A stretch of DNA of 53,091 nucleotides from Planctomycetota bacterium (GTDB lineage Bacteria > Planctomycetota > Phycisphaerae > Phycisphaerales > SM1A02): NCBI GenBank assembly GCA_041161465.1, contig JBEAUK010000127.1, positions 1 through 53,091 of the forward strand, read 5' to 3'. The notes under the pieces were generated by a model. It was not told the origin of the DNA, did no database searches, and worked only from the letters and a program-made list of their open reading frames with translations. The stretch's first letter is position 1. The number at the start of each line of letters is the position of its first letter. Below, one piece after another: positions 9,170 through 18,316 of this stretch. A program made the position numbers and the translations under genes.

Positions 9170-10006
9170 TCAGCTGATGAGTGTCTTCATGCTGTCCGGA
9201 TCGAGCAGGCGCTGAATCGTTCCGAGGAACTGCGCGAGCACGAGGTTGATCATGATGATCGCGAGGAAGCTCGCGACGAAGCTCTCGGTCGAGGCGCGGC
9301 CGACGCCTGAGGCGCCGCCGGAGCAGGTGAAGCCCTTGTAGCAGCTGATCAGGGCAATCGCGAGACCGAAGGCGACGCTCTTGAGGACGCCGGTGGTCGG
9401 ATCCCATGCGGAGACGAACTGCGCCGTGTAGTGCCAGTAGTCCGCGTTGGTGACACCGAAGTAGCCGGTCACGATCACCCACGCGCCAAGCGATCCGACG
9501 ACATCGGAGTAGATCGTGAGGAGCGGCGTCATGAGCACGCACGCCACGACGCGCGGCACCACGAGGGTGCGAATCGGGTCGGCGGCCATCGCGCGCATGG
9601 CATCGAGCTGCTCTGTGACGCGCATCGAGCCGAGCTCGGCCGCGAGCGACCCTCCAACTCGGCCGGCCAGCATCACCGCCGCGAGCACTGGGCCGATCTG
9701 CTTGGTGACGGCTGCGTTGATCACGCCGCCCATCTGCTGCTCCTGCCCGAGTGCGGCGAACTGGTCGTAGCCTTCGAGCGCGAGGATCATGCCGATGAAG
9801 GCCCCGGTGATCGCGACGACGAGCACGCTGGCGGCTCCCACCGAGTAGAGCTGCGGTGCGATGTTGCTCCACCGAAGCCAGCTCATCGGCTCGAAGACGG
9901 CGATGCGGAGCGCCGCGAGGCTGAAGATCGCAAACCGGCCGAGTCCATCGAGCGTGATGAGCGTCGAGTGCCCGAAGTGCGAGAGAGCCCGCGTGGCTGG
10001 AAGCAT
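9170..10006 (-). CDS. mlaE: MlaE/YrbE-family ABC transporter permease (lipid-asymmetry/Mce-type permease)
   Basis: About 278 aa with 5-6 TM segments and the MlaE-characteristic N-terminal FGHSTLITLDGLGRFAIFS plus conserved central region. No adjacent mlaF or mlaD. Confidence 0.8.
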   Translation of the reverse strand: MLPATRALSHFGHSTLITLDGLGRFAIFSLAALRIAVFEPMSWLRWSNIAPQLYSVGAASVLVVAITGAFIGMILALEGYDQFAALGQEQQMGGVINAAVTKQIGPVLAAVMLAGRVGGSLAAELGSMRVTEQLDAMRAMAADPIRTLVVPRVVACVLMTPLLTIYSDVVGSLGAWVIVTGYFGVTNADYWHYTAQFVSAWDPTTGVLKSVAFGLAIALISCYKGFTCSGGASGVGRASTESFVASFLAIIMINLVLAQFLGTIQRLLDPDSMKTLIS

Positions 10007-10080
10007 CGGAGTGTTATACGCGCGAACGGCGGAAGGTATTCCAGTCGAGCGCTGCTTCAGGTCACCCTGTCAAAATGAAA

Positions 10081-10106
10081 GCCGGCGACGGGAATCCGTC
10101 GCCGGC
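10081..10106 (-). terminator. Rho-independent terminator for the LTD/dockerin gene (10-bp perfect stem GCCGGCGACG, 6-nt loop, then UUUCAUUUUG on the minus strand)
   Basis: Inverted repeat gccggcgacg-ggaatc-cgtcgccggc read directly. On the minus strand it is followed by a T-rich tract (tttcattttgacagg). It lies 38 nt past the stop at 10144. Confidence 0.6.
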
Positions 10107-10143
10107 GTGAGGAATCAAGGTGGTTCCGACCTCTGTGGTCGCC

Positions 10144-13101
10144 TTACGGGCAGGCGCCCCATGCGCCGAGCACCGCGGCAAGGTCCGATGCTCCGACCGT
10201 CCCGTCGCCGTCGAGGTCGGCCGGGGACTTCGAAGCGCCCCAGGAACCGAGCACGGTGGCGAGGTCCGATGCACCCACCGTGCCATCGCCGTCAAGATCG
10301 GCGGGGCACGCAGGTCCCGTGTACTCGCAGCCGAAGTTGCCGGCGCCCGGGCTGTCGACCGTCTTCGAGTTGGTCGCGAAGGTTCCGATCGTCCAGACAT
10401 CGGTCGACGGGCAGTAGGCGAGCTGGCTCGGCACGAAGCCAGCCGCATCAGGACCGAGGCGGGTCTCCGAGTAGGCCCATTCGGTGCCGACCGGCGGGAT
10501 CGCGGCGCTCTCGATGAACGCAACCGAGTCGATCACGGTCGTCCAAGGCGTGACATCGAGGTCGCCGTCGTCGTCGGTGTCGAGGTCCTGGTTGAGCGCG
10601 CCCGTGAAGCCCCAGACCAGCATGAAGGTCATGTTGTCCGAGTTCTCGAAGTTGTCCTGCACGAGGTTGAGGTTGTCATCCTTGGCAGCGCCAACCAGGG
10701 TCGAGTTCGCGCCCGAGGCGACGAACAGTCCGTCGTCGGGGATGCGATTGCCCTGGAAGTTGTAGATGTACTCGATCACGCCGGAGCCCGCGGTCGTCGC
10801 GCCGTCACCGATCACGATGAGGTTGAGGCCGTTGAGCAGCGTGCCAGACTCGCCGACCACCTCGACATACTCGTCGAGGTCGAAGCTCGTCTGATCGATG
10901 CGGATCTCGCTGAACTGGACGGCTGGCGGGTTGCTGGGCGTGAAGCAGTTGAGCGTCGCCTGGTTGGCGCAGTCGGCGTCCCAGGTCACCTCGCAGCAGG
11001 TGATGTCGATGACGCACACCGATCGGCAGCATGCCTCGTCGGCGCAGCCTGGCGTACCGTGCGGCGTGAAGCAGCTCGGCGCTTGCGTATCGCCGCAGGT
11101 GTAGGCCGGCGGGCAGGTCTCGTTTGCGACGCCCGGCGAGCCGAAGCCGTCGGTGGCCGCGGGGTCAAAGCGCCCGAAGCGCCACGCGTTGTCCGTGCAC
11201 TTCACGACATGGGCGGGGAATCCGCCGTAGTCGGGGCCAACCGAGTTCGCCGAGTAGGTCAGTCGACCGTCGCCAGCCTTGATCGCAAGGCTGTCGATGC
11301 TCGAATCCCACGGCAGCGAGTCGAGCGTGCCGTCGTTGTCGAGGTCGTAGTCGGTGTTCGGGAGACCGGTCCAGTTCCAGACGAGGAAGTAGGTCACCGA
11401 GTCGCCGTTCTCGAGACCGAACGCACGCACGGCGTCCGGAGTCGCGAGGGTGAGCGTCGACTTGCCGAGGAGGAAGATGCCGTCCTTCGGCATGGTGGCG
11501 CCGTTGAGCGAGATCACCGTCTCGACATTGCCGTTGAGATCGGCGCCGTCGCCGACGACGATCACCGACACGCCGTTCAGGTTCGCGCCAGGCGCGCCCT
11601 TGATCTCGATGTACTCGTTCGGGTCGGTGTTGCCCGGTTCATCGATGCGGAGTTCGTTGAAGGAGAGCGTCGGCGGGGTGCCCGCGACGAGACAGAACTG
11701 ACGCGCAAGGTTGACGCAGTCCTGATCCCAGGTCGCATTGCAGCAGGTCGGGTCGGAACCGCAGACGAGGTTGCAGCAGGTGCTGTCGACGCAGCCGGGG
11801 GTTGCGTGCACTGCGTGGCAGTTGCCGGCGCCCGGTCCGCAGGTGGTGCAGCCGGCATTCGCGGCGCGCGGTGTATCGCGGCCGCTGACGATGTCGAACG
11901 GACCGATCTTCCAGGTCGCGTCGGGCGTGCAGCGGTAGACATGGCCCGGGACGAAGGTTCCATCCGGACCGACGGTGGTGGTGCTGTACCACCACTCGTC
12001 GCCGGTCGCTGGCGTTCCGGTCGCAGTGATTGGCTTCAGCAGGGCGACGCTGTCGACAATCTCCGCCCACGGCGTCGAGTCGAGCACGCCGTCGTTGTTG
12101 GTGTCGAGGTCGTTGTTGGCAGCGCCAGTGAATCCACGAACCAGGAGGTGCGTGACATTGTCGCTGTTCTCGAAGATGTCGTTCGTCGGGCGTCGGAGGT
12201 CGGGCGTGGCCGCGAGGTTGAAGCCGTTGCCGGTGACGAGATAGAAGCCGGAGCTGCCGATGACTGCATCGCTCGGGAGCGCGATGACGCTTTCCACGAC
12301 ACCCGATCCGCCCGCGCCGTCGCCGATGACGAAGTAGGTGAGACCGGCAAGGCTCGTGCCGGGCGCGCCGCGGAACTCGACATACTCATTGATGTCGGTG
12401 CCCGTCATGTCGATGCGAATCTCGTTGATCCGCAGCGCCTCGGTCTCGCAAGCCTGGTTGGCTGCGCCGGGGCTGTCGACGCCACCGAACGGATCCTGGG
12501 AACCGACGATCCACTGCGGGGAGTTCGCGCAGAGCCACGCCGCAGCGGGCTGCTGGCCGGCATCGGGGCCGACCGTCGTCGTCGAGTAGTAGTAGTCGCT
12601 CGCGTTGCCATCGGCCGCCACGGTCTTCAGGACCGCGACGCTCGCGACCACGGAGTCCCACGGGCTGACATCGAGCGTGCCGTCGTCGTTGGTGTCGAGC
12701 TTCTGACCGCCGAAGCCGGTGAAGCCGCGGACGAGCAGGACGGTGACATTGTCATCGCCCTCGAGGTTGAGGTTCGCGACCAAGTTCGGGGTTCCGAGCG
12801 AGAAGCCGTCCTTCGCGACAACGAAGAAGCCGCTCGCCGGCATGGCGCCGCTCAGCGAGACGACCGACTCGATGTAGCCGTTCTGCTGGCCAGGGAACGC
12901 ATCGTCGTCGTCGCCGATCACCACGATCGACACGCCGGCGAGCGACTCGCCCGGGGCGCCAGCGACCTCGATGTACTCGTCGGCGTCCTTTCCAGGCTGC
13001 TCGAGGCGAATCTCATTGAGGCGCAGCGGGGCATCCGCCAGCGCAACAGCTGCGATCAAGGTGGGAAGACACACGACGCCCGAGAGTGCGAGTCGACGCA
13101 T
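10144..13101 (-). CDS. Secreted multidomain surface protein: signal peptide, 4x lamin-tail domains (LTD), 2x Cys-rich modules, C-terminal double dockerin-type repeat
   Basis: Start set at MRRLALSGVVCLPTLIAAVALADA (signal peptide). Four repeats of about 200 aa each begin L[RN]EIR[IL][ED].…EY[IV]E… (LTD-like). The C-terminus is PADLDGDGTVGASDLATVLGSWG.…ADLDGDGTVGASDLAAVLGAWG, i.e. dockerin type-I-like calcium-binding repeats. Confidence 0.8.
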   Translation of the reverse strand: MRRLALSGVVCLPTLIAAVALADAPLRLNEIRLEQPGKDADEYIEVAGAPGESLAGVSIVVIGDDDDAFPGQQNGYIESVVSLSGAMPASGFFVVAKDGFSLGTPNLVANLNLEGDDNVTVLLVRGFTGFGGQKLDTNDDGTLDVSPWDSVVASVAVLKTVAADGNASDYYYSTTTVGPDAGQQPAAAWLCANSPQWIVGSQDPFGGVDSPGAANQACETEALRINEIRIDMTGTDINEYVEFRGAPGTSLAGLTYFVIGDGAGGSGVVESVIALPSDAVIGSSGFYLVTGNGFNLAATPDLRRPTNDIFENSDNVTHLLVRGFTGAANNDLDTNNDGVLDSTPWAEIVDSVALLKPITATGTPATGDEWWYSTTTVGPDGTFVPGHVYRCTPDATWKIGPFDIVSGRDTPRAANAGCTTCGPGAGNCHAVHATPGCVDSTCCNLVCGSDPTCCNATWDQDCVNLARQFCLVAGTPPTLSFNELRIDEPGNTDPNEYIEIKGAPGANLNGVSVIVVGDGADLNGNVETVISLNGATMPKDGIFLLGKSTLTLATPDAVRAFGLENGDSVTYFLVWNWTGLPNTDYDLDNDGTLDSLPWDSSIDSLAIKAGDGRLTYSANSVGPDYGGFPAHVVKCTDNAWRFGRFDPAATDGFGSPGVANETCPPAYTCGDTQAPSCFTPHGTPGCADEACCRSVCVIDITCCEVTWDADCANQATLNCFTPSNPPAVQFSEIRIDQTSFDLDEYVEVVGESGTLLNGLNLIVIGDGATTAGSGVIEYIYNFQGNRIPDDGLFVASGANSTLVGAAKDDNLNLVQDNFENSDNMTFMLVWGFTGALNQDLDTDDDGDLDVTPWTTVIDSVAFIESAAIPPVGTEWAYSETRLGPDAAGFVPSQLAYCPSTDVWTIGTFATNSKTVDSPGAGNFGCEYTGPACPADLDGDGTVGASDLATVLGSWGASKSPADLDGDGTVGASDLAAVLGAWGACP

Positions 13102-13369
13102 CGGAAACTTGCTCCTGCTCTTCAATTTGTGGCTGCGGGTAGCGTTCGCCAAACGGTCGGGGACTCGATCACGATCGAGCATGGCGACACGCCGAGGGCC
13201 CGTAGCGGGTTCCAGACAGCCCCTCCGAGGGGGCTTGGCGAGTGTAAGTCGTGCTCTGCGCAGGTCGATAGTGGAGCCGCCGCTTCGCGGGGAATTGCGG
13301 GTTTTGAAGTAAATCTGAACGAGTTCTCGGACTTTGCCTATGGATGCTGCAGCGATGAAAAAGCACATC

Positions 13370-13391
13370 GGAGGAGCCAGGCGGCTCCTCC
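13370..13391 (-). terminator. Hairpin GGAGGAGCC-AGGC-GGCTCCTCC downstream of the OmpA-like gene; candidate terminator
   Basis: Perfect 9-bp stem about 80 nt past the stop at 13469. On the minus strand a CTTTTT run follows 7 nt after the stem. Geometry is weaker than a classical terminator. Confidence 0.35.
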
Positions 13392-13468
13392 GATGTGGAT
13401 GAATCAGGGATTCAATCGTGCGGTCGAGATACGCCCGTTGACAACAGGCGACGATCGACCGGCGCGAC

Positions 13469-14320
13469 TTACTTGAGGTTCTCGCCTTCCTCCGTCGCGT
13501 TCACGGTCTTGGCCGTGGACGGGGCGGGGGTGCTCGAACGAGCGGAGACGGCCTCGACGGCTGGCATCGGCACGAGGAAGAGCTCGACGCGACGGTTCAT
13601 CTCGTTGCCGCGAGCGCTGTTCGATGCGATCGGGCGGAACTCGCCGTAGCCGGCGACCATGAAGCGGTTCGCATCGATGCCGTCGCCGACGAGCGCGTCG
13701 CGCACGGAGATCGAGCGGTGCGCCGAGAGATGGATGTTCGTCGGGTGCTGCGCGGCGGTCGACGACTTGCGGATCGGCACATTGTCGGTGTGACCGACGA
13801 CACGCACCTCGAGGTCGCGCGCCTCGCTCGTGTTGAGGATCGACGCGACCTTGGTGAGCACCGACTCGGCCTTCGAGGTGAGCTTGGCGCTGCCGAGGTC
13901 GAAGGTGACATCGCTCTTGAAGCGGAGCATGCCGCGCTTCTCGTCGTACTCGAAGATGTCGGGGTTCGCGTCGGCAAGCTCGCGGAGACGCGAATTCACG
14001 CTCTCCGGAAGCGGGCTGAGCGCGTTGACCTGCGCGAGCAGGTCCTCGTAGCGCTTCTGCAGCGCATCGAGCGCGCTCTTGTCGCCACCGACGAGCTCGC
14101 GTGCGCGAGCGAGATCGGCCGCGGCCTCAGCGAGCTGGCGGCGAAGCGCCTCCTCGTTGGTGCGCGAAGTGTCGAACTCGTTCTGCAGCTGAAGGAGCTG
14201 CTGCTCCTTGCTGCGGTACGCGTTCATAAGGTCGTCGTACTGGCTCTGCGGGACGCAGCCGCCGAGCGCGAGAAGGCTGGCGCTGGAGACGAGGATTGCA
14301 GTTGGAAGTGCAAGGCGCAT
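13469..14320 (-). CDS. OmpA-family lipoprotein with coiled-coil region and C-terminal OmpA/MotB peptidoglycan-binding domain
   Basis: Lipoprotein signal MRLALPTAILVSSASLLALGGC. OmpA_C motif region VVGHTDNVPI.…NRRVELFLVP. The middle region is Q/L/E-rich and coiled-coil-like. Confidence 0.8.
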   Translation of the reverse strand: MRLALPTAILVSSASLLALGGCVPQSQYDDLMNAYRSKEQQLLQLQNEFDTSRTNEEALRRQLAEAAADLARARELVGGDKSALDALQKRYEDLLAQVNALSPLPESVNSRLRELADANPDIFEYDEKRGMLRFKSDVTFDLGSAKLTSKAESVLTKVASILNTSEARDLEVRVVGHTDNVPIRKSSTAAQHPTNIHLSAHRSISVRDALVGDGIDANRFMVAGYGEFRPIASNSARGNEMNRRVELFLVPMPAVEAVSARSSTPAPSTAKTVNATEEGENLK

Positions 14321-14383
14321 GATTTACCTGCTGGGGTTACCTAGAAGGATTCCGGACGGCGTGAAACGAGACAACTGTTCTTT

Positions 14384-14403
14384 CGCCGCGTCGCGCGACG
14401 CGG
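14384..14403. promoter_or_regulatory. Perfect 20-bp GC palindrome GCCGCGTCGCGCGACGCGGC in the intergenic region between the 14558 gene and the OmpA-like gene
   Basis: Read directly. It could act as a terminator for the upstream minus-strand gene (about 155 nt away) or as a protein-binding site. The flanking U-tract is better on the plus strand, where no gene ends. Confidence 0.3.
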
Positions 14404-14557
14404 CAGTTCTTTGCTGTGGGTGTCGAGATGACTCGACGCGCGGGAGCATACGGAAAAACCGCCGTTGTGTGGGGGCTTCGCCGCGAAACACCATGAATCT
14501 CGCCGAGGCCGTCCGGTGCGCGCCGGGCATCGTGCGCGGCGTCCGTGCGCAGGTCTG

Positions 14558-15244
14558 TCAGCCGCCGATCCGCTGCGAGAGATGGGCGTCGCTGAACGCC
14601 TCGTCGAAGTCGTAGACCGACGCGAAGTCATCGATCGAGTCGTCCGTGGTCTTCGACATGACTCCACCCTCGATCATCGCGTAGACGATGCGACCGAAGT
14701 CCTCTGTGCGCACGATGTTCCAATGCCGAAGCACCGCCGGCGCGAGCATTCCGTACTGGAGGATCGCGTAGTCCCGAAGCCCCAGGCAAAGTTGCTGCCC
14801 CGTGACATGGTGGGTGTCGGGGTTGCCGAGCCCGCCGGCGCGGAGACCGGCCTCATGCTGCAGAAGGGCACGCTCGACCGTGTGACTGAGTCCCTCGCGG
14901 ACGAAGGTGAACGCCTCGATGGGGTATGAACCCGCTCGCTCGAGGATGGTCGGCCAATGGATCTCCCGCTCGGCGCCGGGCTTTGAGCCAGCAGCGGATG
15001 CGGGACCCGCCGACAACTCGCCTGGCTGGCCAGGGTCGGGCGTGGGGTTGGGTTCAGGCGGGTTGGGTTCAGGCGGGTTGGGCACGGTTTTGAAACACTC
15101 CGCGTCGCGTTGCGATTGTATCGGCAAATCGGGGCTCGGAATGCGGTCGAACGCGTGCCGCGGGTGCGTGAATCCGCCCGACACGCTCGTCGGTTCCACG
15201 CTACCTTCCGCATCTGCGCGGTCGGACAGGCCGCGCTCGGGCAT
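14558..15244 (-). CDS. Hypothetical protein with (PEPNP)n repeat and conserved about 130-aa C-terminal domain of unknown function; start uncertain (ORF extends to 15493)
   Basis: The C-terminal region (HWPTILERAGSYPIEAFTFVREGLSH…WNIVRTEDFGRIVYAMIEGGVMSKTTDDSIDDF) has coding-like composition. The N-terminal extension up to 15493 looks like high-GC read-through. Start chosen at MPERGLS. Confidence 0.45.
   Translation of the reverse strand: MPERGLSDRADAEGSVEPTSVSGGFTHPRHAFDRIPSPDLPIQSQRDAECFKTVPNPPEPNPPEPNPTPDPGQPGELSAGPASAAGSKPGAEREIHWPTILERAGSYPIEAFTFVREGLSHTVERALLQHEAGLRAGGLGNPDTHHVTGQQLCLGLRDYAILQYGMLAPAVLRHWNIVRTEDFGRIVYAMIEGGVMSKTTDDSIDDFASVYDFDEAFSDAHLSQRIGG
15045..15083. repeat. Tandem 15-bp repeat (GGGTTGGGTTCAGGC x about 2.6) inside the CDS, encoding PEPNP repeats
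   Basis: Direct repeat read in sequence. It is in-frame with the minus-strand ORF, so a coding low-complexity repeat. Confidence 0.7.
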
Positions 15245-15305
15245 GGGCGTGCGCCGAGGGATGGCGCGCCGAACATGATCCGACGAGACTCGGAGGCGCA
15301 CACGG

Positions 15306-16748
15306 ATGGACGACGCCAAGCCAGCCTCGCAGCGGCCCGCACCTACCTCTGGTGGCGGCGCAGCTCGGGACTCCGCGACCAAGCCCAACCCCGATGGAGC
15401 GCACGCGCAAGGCGCGCTTGATCTCCGCACGGCGCACCTTTGGCACTTGCAGCCCGTACGGGATGTGCTCGTCATCGCGATCGTGGTGCTCACGATCTAT
15501 GCCGGCTACGCGATGCGAACGGTGACGGTGCCGCTCCTCGTGGCGCTTGCGCTTGCGTACCTCGTCGAGCCCGTCGTCTCACGCGTCTCGCGTTGGCGGC
15601 GCATGAATCGGCCGCTGGCGGTCGGCGCGATCCTGGCGGCACTCGGTGTCGTGCTCAGCATCGCGATTGCGCTCGTGGTTCCGCTCGCGGTCGGGCAGAC
15701 GCTGTCGTTCGCGGAGAATCTCCGGAACCACCGCTACGACGGAGCGATCGAGCGGGTGATCGAGGTGATTCCCGAGCAGTACCGAGACGACGCCCAGAGT
15801 TGGGTCGATCGGGTGATCTTCCCCAAGCGATCTGGCGAGGAGGGCGGCGAAGCTTCGAAGCCGAGCGAGCCCGCGGCTCCGGCGGCGCCGACGCAAGCCG
15901 CAGCCGAGCCCGCGGCGGCCACGGCTCCGCAACCCGCCCAGTCGCCAGGGCAGGCGTCGGATGTGCTGGCGACGCTGCCCGAGTCGGTGCGCACGGTTGG
16001 ACTCGACAATCCGATCTTCTCGCTGCTCGGCGCGGGTTCTCGGCAGGTCTACTCGCTCGTGCTCCGCGTGCTCGAGCTCGGACTCGTTGCGTTCCTGATC
16101 CCGTTCTACTTCTACTATTTCAGCGTGCACTGGCCCGCGATCACGGGCTTCTTCGCGAAACTCGTTCCAGACGAGCGCAAGGGGACCGTGTTCGACATCG
16201 TCTCGGAGATGGATCGTGCCGTCGCGGGGTTCGTCCGCGGGCGCATCGTGATCTGCATGCTCATGGGCGTGATGTTCGCGGTTGGCTGGCAGATCTGCGG
16301 CGTGCCGTACGGCATTGCCCTCGGGCTGCTGACGGGCGCGTTCTCGATCGTTCCGTATCTCGGTGGCATCGGCGTTCCGTTCGCCGTCGGGTTGCTCGTC
16401 ATCGATCAGTTCGGTTTGCCCGTCGACCAGCGGATGCCGGTGTGGGGCATGCTGCTGTGGCCGACGCTTGTGTTCGTCATCGTGCAGACGATCGAGGGCT
16501 ACCTGCTGACCCCCGTGATCGCGGGCAAGGCCACGAACCTCGATCCTGTCACCATCGTCGTCGCGATTCTCGCGGGTGGTTCCGTGGCGGGCGTGTACGG
16601 CATGCTGCTTGCGATCCCGACCGCCGCGTGCGGAAAGATCGCGATCAAACGCATCGTGATGCCGCGATTGATCGAGTTCGCGCGCGGTCGCGTCTCGGAT
16701 CCGCTGCCCATCGAGGGTGCGCTCGATGAAGAGGAGAAGAAGTCATGA
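15306..16748 (+). CDS. AI-2E family transporter (PerM/TqsA-like, UPF0118) with a long Pro/Ala-rich internal loop
   Basis: Multiple TM helices and conserved C-terminal region GRIVICMLMGVMFAVGWQICGVPYGIALGLLTGAFSIVPYLGGIGVPFAVGLLVI, typical of the AI-2E family. Transcribed divergently from the 14558 gene. Confidence 0.8.
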   Translation: MDDAKPASQRPAPTSGGGAARDSATKPNPDGAHAQGALDLRTAHLWHLQPVRDVLVIAIVVLTIYAGYAMRTVTVPLLVALALAYLVEPVVSRVSRWRRMNRPLAVGAILAALGVVLSIAIALVVPLAVGQTLSFAENLRNHRYDGAIERVIEVIPEQYRDDAQSWVDRVIFPKRSGEEGGEASKPSEPAAPAAPTQAAAEPAAATAPQPAQSPGQASDVLATLPESVRTVGLDNPIFSLLGAGSRQVYSLVLRVLELGLVAFLIPFYFYYFSVHWPAITGFFAKLVPDERKGTVFDIVSEMDRAVAGFVRGRIVICMLMGVMFAVGWQICGVPYGIALGLLTGAFSIVPYLGGIGVPFAVGLLVIDQFGLPVDQRMPVWGMLLWPTLVFVIVQTIEGYLLTPVIAGKATNLDPVTIVVAILAGGSVAGVYGMLLAIPTAACGKIAIKRIVMPRLIEFARGRVSDPLPIEGALDEEEKKS

Positions 16749-18241
16749 AGCTCTCGACCTTGATCGCAGGCCTCGATGTGACGGCGCCGGCGGGCATTGA
16801 CCCGGTCATCTGGAGCCTCGCCGAGGATTCCCGCAAGGTGCGACAGGGCGCGTGCTTCTTTGCGCGCATCGGAACGAAGACCGATGGGCGCGCGTTCATC
16901 GCGGACGCCGTTGCGCGGGGCGCCGTCGCCGTGATCGCGCCCAAGGGCTCGCCCGCGCCGGAGGGCCTGCCGGCGACGGTCGCATGGGTGGAGGCGGCGG
17001 ATCCCGCGCTCGCCGCAGCGCTCATCGCCGAGCGGTTCCACGGATCGCCGTCGCGCACGCTTGAGCTCGTGGGCGTGACCGGCACCAACGGCAAGACCAC
17101 CATCGCCTACCTCGTGCAGCAGCTCCTGACCGCGGCGGGGCTTCGCACCGGTCTCGTCGGGACGGTCGAGATCGACGACGGCGCTGCGCGCGTGCCGTCG
17201 CAACTGACGACGCCGCCTGCGCTCGAGCTCTCAGAGCTCTTCGCGCGCATGGTGGATCACGGTTGCCGCGCGGCGGCGATGGAGGTCTCGAGCCATTCGC
17301 TCGACCAGAAGCGCGTTGCCGGCCTTGCCTTTCGCACGGCGATCTTCACGAATCTGACGGGCGATCATCTCGACTACCACGGCACGATGGAGCGTTACGC
17401 CGATGCGAAGGCGACGCTCTTCTCGATGCTCGATTCCTCGGGGACTGCGATCATCAACATCGACGATCCGTGGAGCCGTGTGATGATCGACGCGGCGCAG
17501 CGGGCAGGCGCTCGCGTCCTGCGGGTGAGCCTTGTCGATCCGACCGCCGATTGCGTCGGCACCGTGCACCGCATGGGGCTTGATTCGATGGATGTGACTT
17601 TCCGCGGGCCGTGGGGCCTCATCGAGATGAAGCTGCCGCTCGTTGGGCGTCACAACGCGATGAATGCGCTCGAGGCCACGGCGGCTGCGTGGACGCGCGG
17701 CGTCGATCAGGAGCGGCTTGCCCGTGCGCTCTCGGCGTGCGCGGCGCCTCCGGGCCGACTCCAGCCGGTTGCGGTCGGGGGCGCCGGGTTCAGCGTGCTC
17801 GTCGATTACGCGCACTCGGACGATGCGCTCGCGAATGTGCTCGGTGCGCTGCGTCCGACGGTGCCTGCCGGCGGCCGGTTGCGCGTCGTGTTCGGCTGCG
17901 GTGGCGACCGTGACCGCACCAAGCGCCCGCGCATGGCGAAGGTCGCCTGCGAGGGCGCCGACGAAGTGATCGTCACGAGCGACAACCCGCGCACCGAGGA
18001 TCCGCAGGCGATCATCGGCGAGATCCTCACGGGTGTGCCCGGCGAGGCGCGCGCTCGCGTCGTCGTCGAGTCCGATCGCGCCAAGGCGATCGCGCTCGCC
18101 GTGTCGACCGCGCGAGAAGGCGACATCATCCTGATCGCTGGCAAGGGCCACGAGGACTACCAGATCATCGGAACCGAGAAGCGGAACTTCGACGACCGCC
18201 GCGAGGCCGAGGCGGCGCTTCGCATGCGGATGGCCAAGTAA
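16745..18241 (+). CDS. murE: UDP-N-acetylmuramoyl-L-alanyl-D-glutamate--2,6-diaminopimelate ligase
   Basis: Mur ligase P-loop GVTGTNGKTT. MurE-type motifs DYAHSDDAL and DNPRTEDP. ATG overlaps the upstream stop (ATGA). Confidence 0.95.
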   Translation: MKLSTLIAGLDVTAPAGIDPVIWSLAEDSRKVRQGACFFARIGTKTDGRAFIADAVARGAVAVIAPKGSPAPEGLPATVAWVEAADPALAAALIAERFHGSPSRTLELVGVTGTNGKTTIAYLVQQLLTAAGLRTGLVGTVEIDDGAARVPSQLTTPPALELSELFARMVDHGCRAAAMEVSSHSLDQKRVAGLAFRTAIFTNLTGDHLDYHGTMERYADAKATLFSMLDSSGTAIINIDDPWSRVMIDAAQRAGARVLRVSLVDPTADCVGTVHRMGLDSMDVTFRGPWGLIEMKLPLVGRHNAMNALEATAAAWTRGVDQERLARALSACAAPPGRLQPVAVGGAGFSVLVDYAHSDDALANVLGALRPTVPAGGRLRVVFGCGGDRDRTKRPRMAKVACEGADEVIVTSDNPRTEDPQAIIGEILTGVPGEARARVVVESDRAKAIALAVSTAREGDIILIAGKGHEDYQIIGTEKRNFDDRREAEAALRMRMAK

Positions 18242-18316
18242 GCCGATCGGACGCGCGTTGCGTTACTGATCGGACACGACGGGTGGGCGGCATCGTGCCC
18301 GAGCATCGAATCAACC

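Noticed and set aside
10120-13476. 1118-aa + strand ORF antisense to the LTD/dockerin gene. Similar long antisense ORFs at 28679..31762 +, 31793..35143 +, 43506..46433 -, 19629..21941 - and 50564..52864 -.
   Set aside because: Typical stop-codon-poor antisense frames of a roughly 68% GC genome. The opposite strands carry recognisable domains (LTD, metzincin, subtilase, flotillin, MraY/PBP, LivF). The antisense translations are Arg/Ala/Gly-rich with no motifs.
15045-15083. Tandem 15-bp repeats considered as a possible CRISPR-like or minisatellite array.
   Set aside because: Only about 2.6 contiguous copies with no spacers. In-frame within a CDS (PEPNP repeats).
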